A stretch of 10,966 bases of DNA from contig JASLZZ010000058.1 in assembly GCA_030754595.1 (NCBI GenBank), forward strand, positions 1-10,966. Reading direction: 5' to 3'. Source of the stretch: Nitrospinota bacterium (GTDB taxonomy: Bacteria; UBA8248). Within the stretch, counting starts at the first letter, position 1, and each line of letters starts with the position of its first letter. The notes under the pieces are model-generated. The model was given only the letters and a program-made list of their open reading frames with translations. It was not told where the DNA came from and searched no databases. Below, in pieces: positions 7,866-10,966 of this stretch. A program made the position numbers and the translations under genes.

Positions 7866-8255
7866 CTATTCCTTCGGGTCCATGAACTCGATGATCACCC
7901 CGTCGGGCCCCTCGAAGTAAAGGAAACGAAGGTGGGGCAGGTCCCCCTCCTGGGCGATCTTGACGCCCAGGCCCTCGAGGTGCGCCTTGGCCTCCCCGTA
8001 ACGGCCCCGGCCGATCCAGAAGCCGAAATGATCCGCTCCCATACGCGGCACCGAACCCGCCGCCATCGGGTCCTCGCCGTCCCTCACCCCGCGGACGATG
8101 AGCATCGTACCGTGGCAGTCGAGCTTGGTCTGGGGGGCGCCGAAGCGCTCGACGCTGTTGATGATCTCGGCCCCCAGCGCGTCTCGATAAAAGCGGACGG
8201 CGGCGTCGTGGTCGGTATGAATCAGGTGAATGTGCTCGTATTTCAAATCAAACAT
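7866..8255 (-). CDS. VOC (glyoxalase/bleomycin resistance/dioxygenase) family protein, 129 aa
   Basis: GAGG RBS. EHIHLI..D.DAAVRFYRDALGA, DHFGF, FLYFEGPDGVIIEF with the His/His/Glu metal-binding pattern. Confidence 0.9.
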   Translation of the reverse strand: MFDLKYEHIHLIHTDHDAAVRFYRDALGAEIINSVERFGAPQTKLDCHGTMLIVRGVRDGEDPMAAGSVPRMGADHFGFWIGRGRYGEAKAHLEGLGVKIAQEGDLPHLRFLYFEGPDGVIIEFMDPKE

Positions 8256-8479
8256 GGCGTCCTCATCGGTATGGGAATTGAATCAGTCCGCGGCGAACAA
8301 CCCTTCCCCGTTTTGTTGATCAATGTTTTCCGGGAGCGCCCCCCGGGAATCCCTCCCGCCAGGGGCGGGGGGTTCCGTCCGTCGCCCTCGTGGTGGACGG
8401 CCCGCTCGGTCGTTTTGAGCAGATAATCCGAAATCCACTGCTGGCCGTCCCTCTGGCGGACCGGCTTTTTCATGGGCAT
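8243..8479 (-). pseudogene. Probable truncated gene: N-terminal ~38 codons resembling the start of a larger hydrolase-type protein, then non-coding-like tail
   Basis: Strong GGAGG RBS at 8485-8489 before ATG 8479. MPMKKPVRQRDGQQWISDYLLKTTERAVHHEGDGRNPPP looks protein-like and the remainder does not. The frame runs 13 bp into the VOC gene. Family is recalled, not verified. Confidence 0.4.
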
Positions 8480-8913
8480 GAGAGCCTCCATGAAGGGGAC
8501 ATCAACGATCAAAACTGTAAAGGGCAGTCTAAAATCGTACCAGCAGGACGGCATAAAAGTGTACCACCGGGTAGGAGAAGAAGGGGGCCCGAGGGGCCCG
8601 ACGCATTCGGATCCTCCTAATTCAAAAGAGGTAATGGCTGGATGTTTTAATTATCGCTTAATTAATAATAGGGGATAAATTAAAAGATTAAAGCCTTTTA
8701 TTTGGGATATGAAATTTCGGCGGTCTACAAATTCCCTCAGTCGGAGATTCCAGGGCTCGGGGAAAGATCCGCCAGAACGTCCCTCGATGTGATTTTGGAA
8801 AGACGGTAACGAATTGTGGCTACAAAGGGATAATTCCGTATGGTAAATAATTCGCCACGCACAGGTTCCTTTGTGACGTTTGGAGAACAGATCGCGAAAA
8901 TATCTGACATGTC

Positions 8914-10173
8914 TTACAAACCAACCGCCTGCAAAAATGGACGGCAACCGATCCAAGCTTGGGCGAGATAATCTATCGCCTTGGCACTTTGAATCACTGA
9001 ACAATTTCTGTAAGGAAATCGTACCCCGATTTGGATTTGGTAATTCGACCTTTTCTTCATGAATGCACCGTATGTGGCTTTCAACCATTCAGGTTGGTGC
9101 TTTACAGGATTATTCCTATCCTGGGCCTGGATGGCAGTCCTCAGGTCAAAATCTATATGGGCATCGATAAATGGAATAGACCTCTGCGTCGGATATCTGC
9201 GCTGGACAGCCGTGAACCAAGGGACTGTCCCTGGTGCTTTTTTGAGAATCCCTTTTTCAATCTTCTCTAAGGTATTCACAATAACCTCATAAAATCCATC
9301 ATATTCAAGGTCAATAAACTTTTTACGGATATTTCCATTTACGGAATTTGGTACCGTAACCATCGCTTCGACCCTGTCTTCCAAGACCCCAAGGGTGAGA
9401 TGGGGATATTCCGTAAAATTCTTTCGTTTATTTCGTGAAAGCTGCATGAAATCCCAAACGCGGTTCTCCCCCCGACCTGTAATAGCTGGCCTTCCAGGCA
9501 ATTTGGGATTCATGTCCAGTTGCTTTTTGAGGTCAGATCGACTCTTGAGCTCATTCATGGCGAGCCCCAAGATTCTCTTGCCTTCCAAATAATTCAAAGG
9601 GTAATCATTCCCGAATGGAAACCCAGTAAAAGTAGTCAGCGTACCTTCTTTCAAATGACCCGTTTCCGACATTTTACTCTCCGCGATTTCGAGAAAGTCT
9701 GCTACTCGTTTTGCCCATTCATGTTTTTGATAACATCCGCTGAGCCATTGATAGATATCACGCCAATAAACAATTTTGACTGAACTCGGCAACTTTTGGG
9801 GAGGGTTTGAAATGATAATGGCTAAAATAATGACATGCTCAAAACCAAGGCGACGAGCCACAGATTCGTGTCGCCTTAATTGGTCATTGGTAAGATGACT
9901 GGCTACCTTGCTTTCAATGAGTAAACACCAGTTCCCATCATGTATCCAGGCATCAGGCAGGCCCTTTCTCTCTTTAGCATCTTCGGGCTGCTCCGGGTGT
10001 CCGGGAATCTTTTGCTCTTCAACGGCCAAAGAACGAGATGATGTAGGAGGAACTTCCTTCACTATTTTCCTAAGAAAAGAACCGAGAAGAGACCGGTCCT
10101 CGTTAAGAGCCGAAACCAAAGCGTGTGTCACTCGGTTTTCAGGCTGTGAGTATTGGTCAAAGATATTTCGCAT
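8914..10173 (-). CDS. Hypothetical protein with N-terminal PD-(D/E)XK nuclease-like domain, 419 aa, AT-rich
   Basis: TAAGGT RBS before ATG 10173. EN.VT helix, PDAWI...LLIESK (9907-9957), then DQLRRH. Long open frame in low-GC DNA, ending at TAA. Confidence 0.75.
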   Translation of the reverse strand: MRNIFDQYSQPENRVTHALVSALNEDRSLLGSFLRKIVKEVPPTSSRSLAVEEQKIPGHPEQPEDAKERKGLPDAWIHDGNWCLLIESKVASHLTNDQLRRHESVARRLGFEHVIILAIIISNPPQKLPSSVKIVYWRDIYQWLSGCYQKHEWAKRVADFLEIAESKMSETGHLKEGTLTTFTGFPFGNDYPLNYLEGKRILGLAMNELKSRSDLKKQLDMNPKLPGRPAITGRGENRVWDFMQLSRNKRKNFTEYPHLTLGVLEDRVEAMVTVPNSVNGNIRKKFIDLEYDGFYEVIVNTLEKIEKGILKKAPGTVPWFTAVQRRYPTQRSIPFIDAHIDFDLRTAIQAQDRNNPVKHQPEWLKATYGAFMKKRSNYQIQIGVRFPYRNCSVIQSAKAIDYLAQAWIGCRPFLQAVGL

Positions 10174-10272
10174 ACACACGTTACCTTAGAATATTATTGC
10201 GAAGCATGGTGTGGGAATAAAATCAGCCTCGCCCTATCCATAAATTAATCCGAAGCTACGTTGTTTCTGAGA

Positions 10273-10966
10273 CCCACATTATGCGGCAGAACGGAGCAAA
10301 AAGAGGCCGAAATATTTGTAACCATATAATATAATTGACCAAAATCGCCTGATCGAGAGGATATCAGATGCCCGGAGATGGTGGCAGCCCCAAAGAGGCC
10401 CTTCGGCCCAACTTCGACCGATCCATCATGATTGATTTCCAGGGTGCGAAGATCAGCTCCGACACGGGCTTTCTTCTACCGAGGGAGACCGGTGAGCGCT
10501 TCAACATCATCGGTCCCATGAGTAGTTGCCTCGAAGACCGAAGGTCACCCGTACACGCCAAACACTCCCTGGTCCAGATGATCAGGCAACGTGTTTATCA
10601 GAACGCGGCGGGCTACGAGGATTGTAACGACGCCGACCATCTCCGAATCGATCCAGCGCTTCGCCTTGCCATCGGCAAGGGCCACAAGATGGGAGCAAGC
10701 CAATCCATGCTCTCGCGGCTGTAGAACGATGTTCTTGGCAACGAGGCCGGGCTCAAGGCCCTGGACGCTGCGCCTCGGCGCTCGACCGACGCTCTGCCGA
10801 GGAAGCAGGGCAAGCGGCGGCTGATCATCGACGTTGATTCTACCGAGGACCCGGCCCGCGGCAGCCAGGAGAGAGTTGCTTGTAACGGCTACTTCGGGAC
10901 GAACTGTTATCATCCCCTGTTTGCCTTCACGAGCGGCGGTGCCTGTCTGGGCGCGAAGCTCGGGCC
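10273..10966 (+). mobile_element. IS1380-family element, decayed transposase pseudogene (frame from 10368, in-frame TAG 10722-10724), runs off the window
   Basis: IDFQGAKISSDTGFLL, RQRVYQ.AAGYEDCNDADHLRIDP, ASQSMLSRL*NDVL, IIDVDSTEDP, CYHPLFAF are DDE_Tnp_1_4-type motifs. The left end near CCCACATTATGCGG (10273) is tentative. Confidence 0.88.

Noticed and set aside
2968..7868. Genome-wide reassignment of TAG to an amino acid
   Set aside because: The hydrolase, ferredoxin, creatininase and VOC genes end at TAG at family-typical lengths. Readthrough of the hydrolase stop would add ~100 codons, mostly antisense into the DHH gene.
8737..8910. 57-aa minus-strand ORF (MSDIFAICSPNV...) starting 3 nt after the nuclease stop, a possible partner gene
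   Set aside because: No clear RBS or recognisable motif. It cannot be supported without conservation data.
1..10966. CRISPR array, tRNA or rRNA
   Set aside because: No regularly spaced repeats or structural RNA signatures were seen.

Overview
GC-rich bacterial accessory region bounded by dead insertion sequences. The left end has two truncated IS3-family transposases fused head-to-head. Next come metY (O-acetylhomoserine sulfhydrylase) and a DHH/DHHA1 phosphoesterase, each full length but broken by one in-frame TAG in the identical context TTC-TAG-CA. The middle is an apparently intact catabolic-type cluster: alpha/beta hydrolase, SRPBCC protein, an AprAB/AsfAB-like flavoprotein plus 2x[4Fe-4S] ferredoxin pair, creatininase-family amidohydrolase, VOC protein and a probable truncated gene. 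The right end has an AT-rich segment with an orphan PD-(D/E)XK nuclease-like gene and a decayed IS1380 transposase with a third in-frame TAG. Pseudogenisation or a G>T error best explains the amber stops, but context-dependent amber readthrough cannot be excluded from this window. Family assignments rest on motifs recalled from memory; no database search was run.
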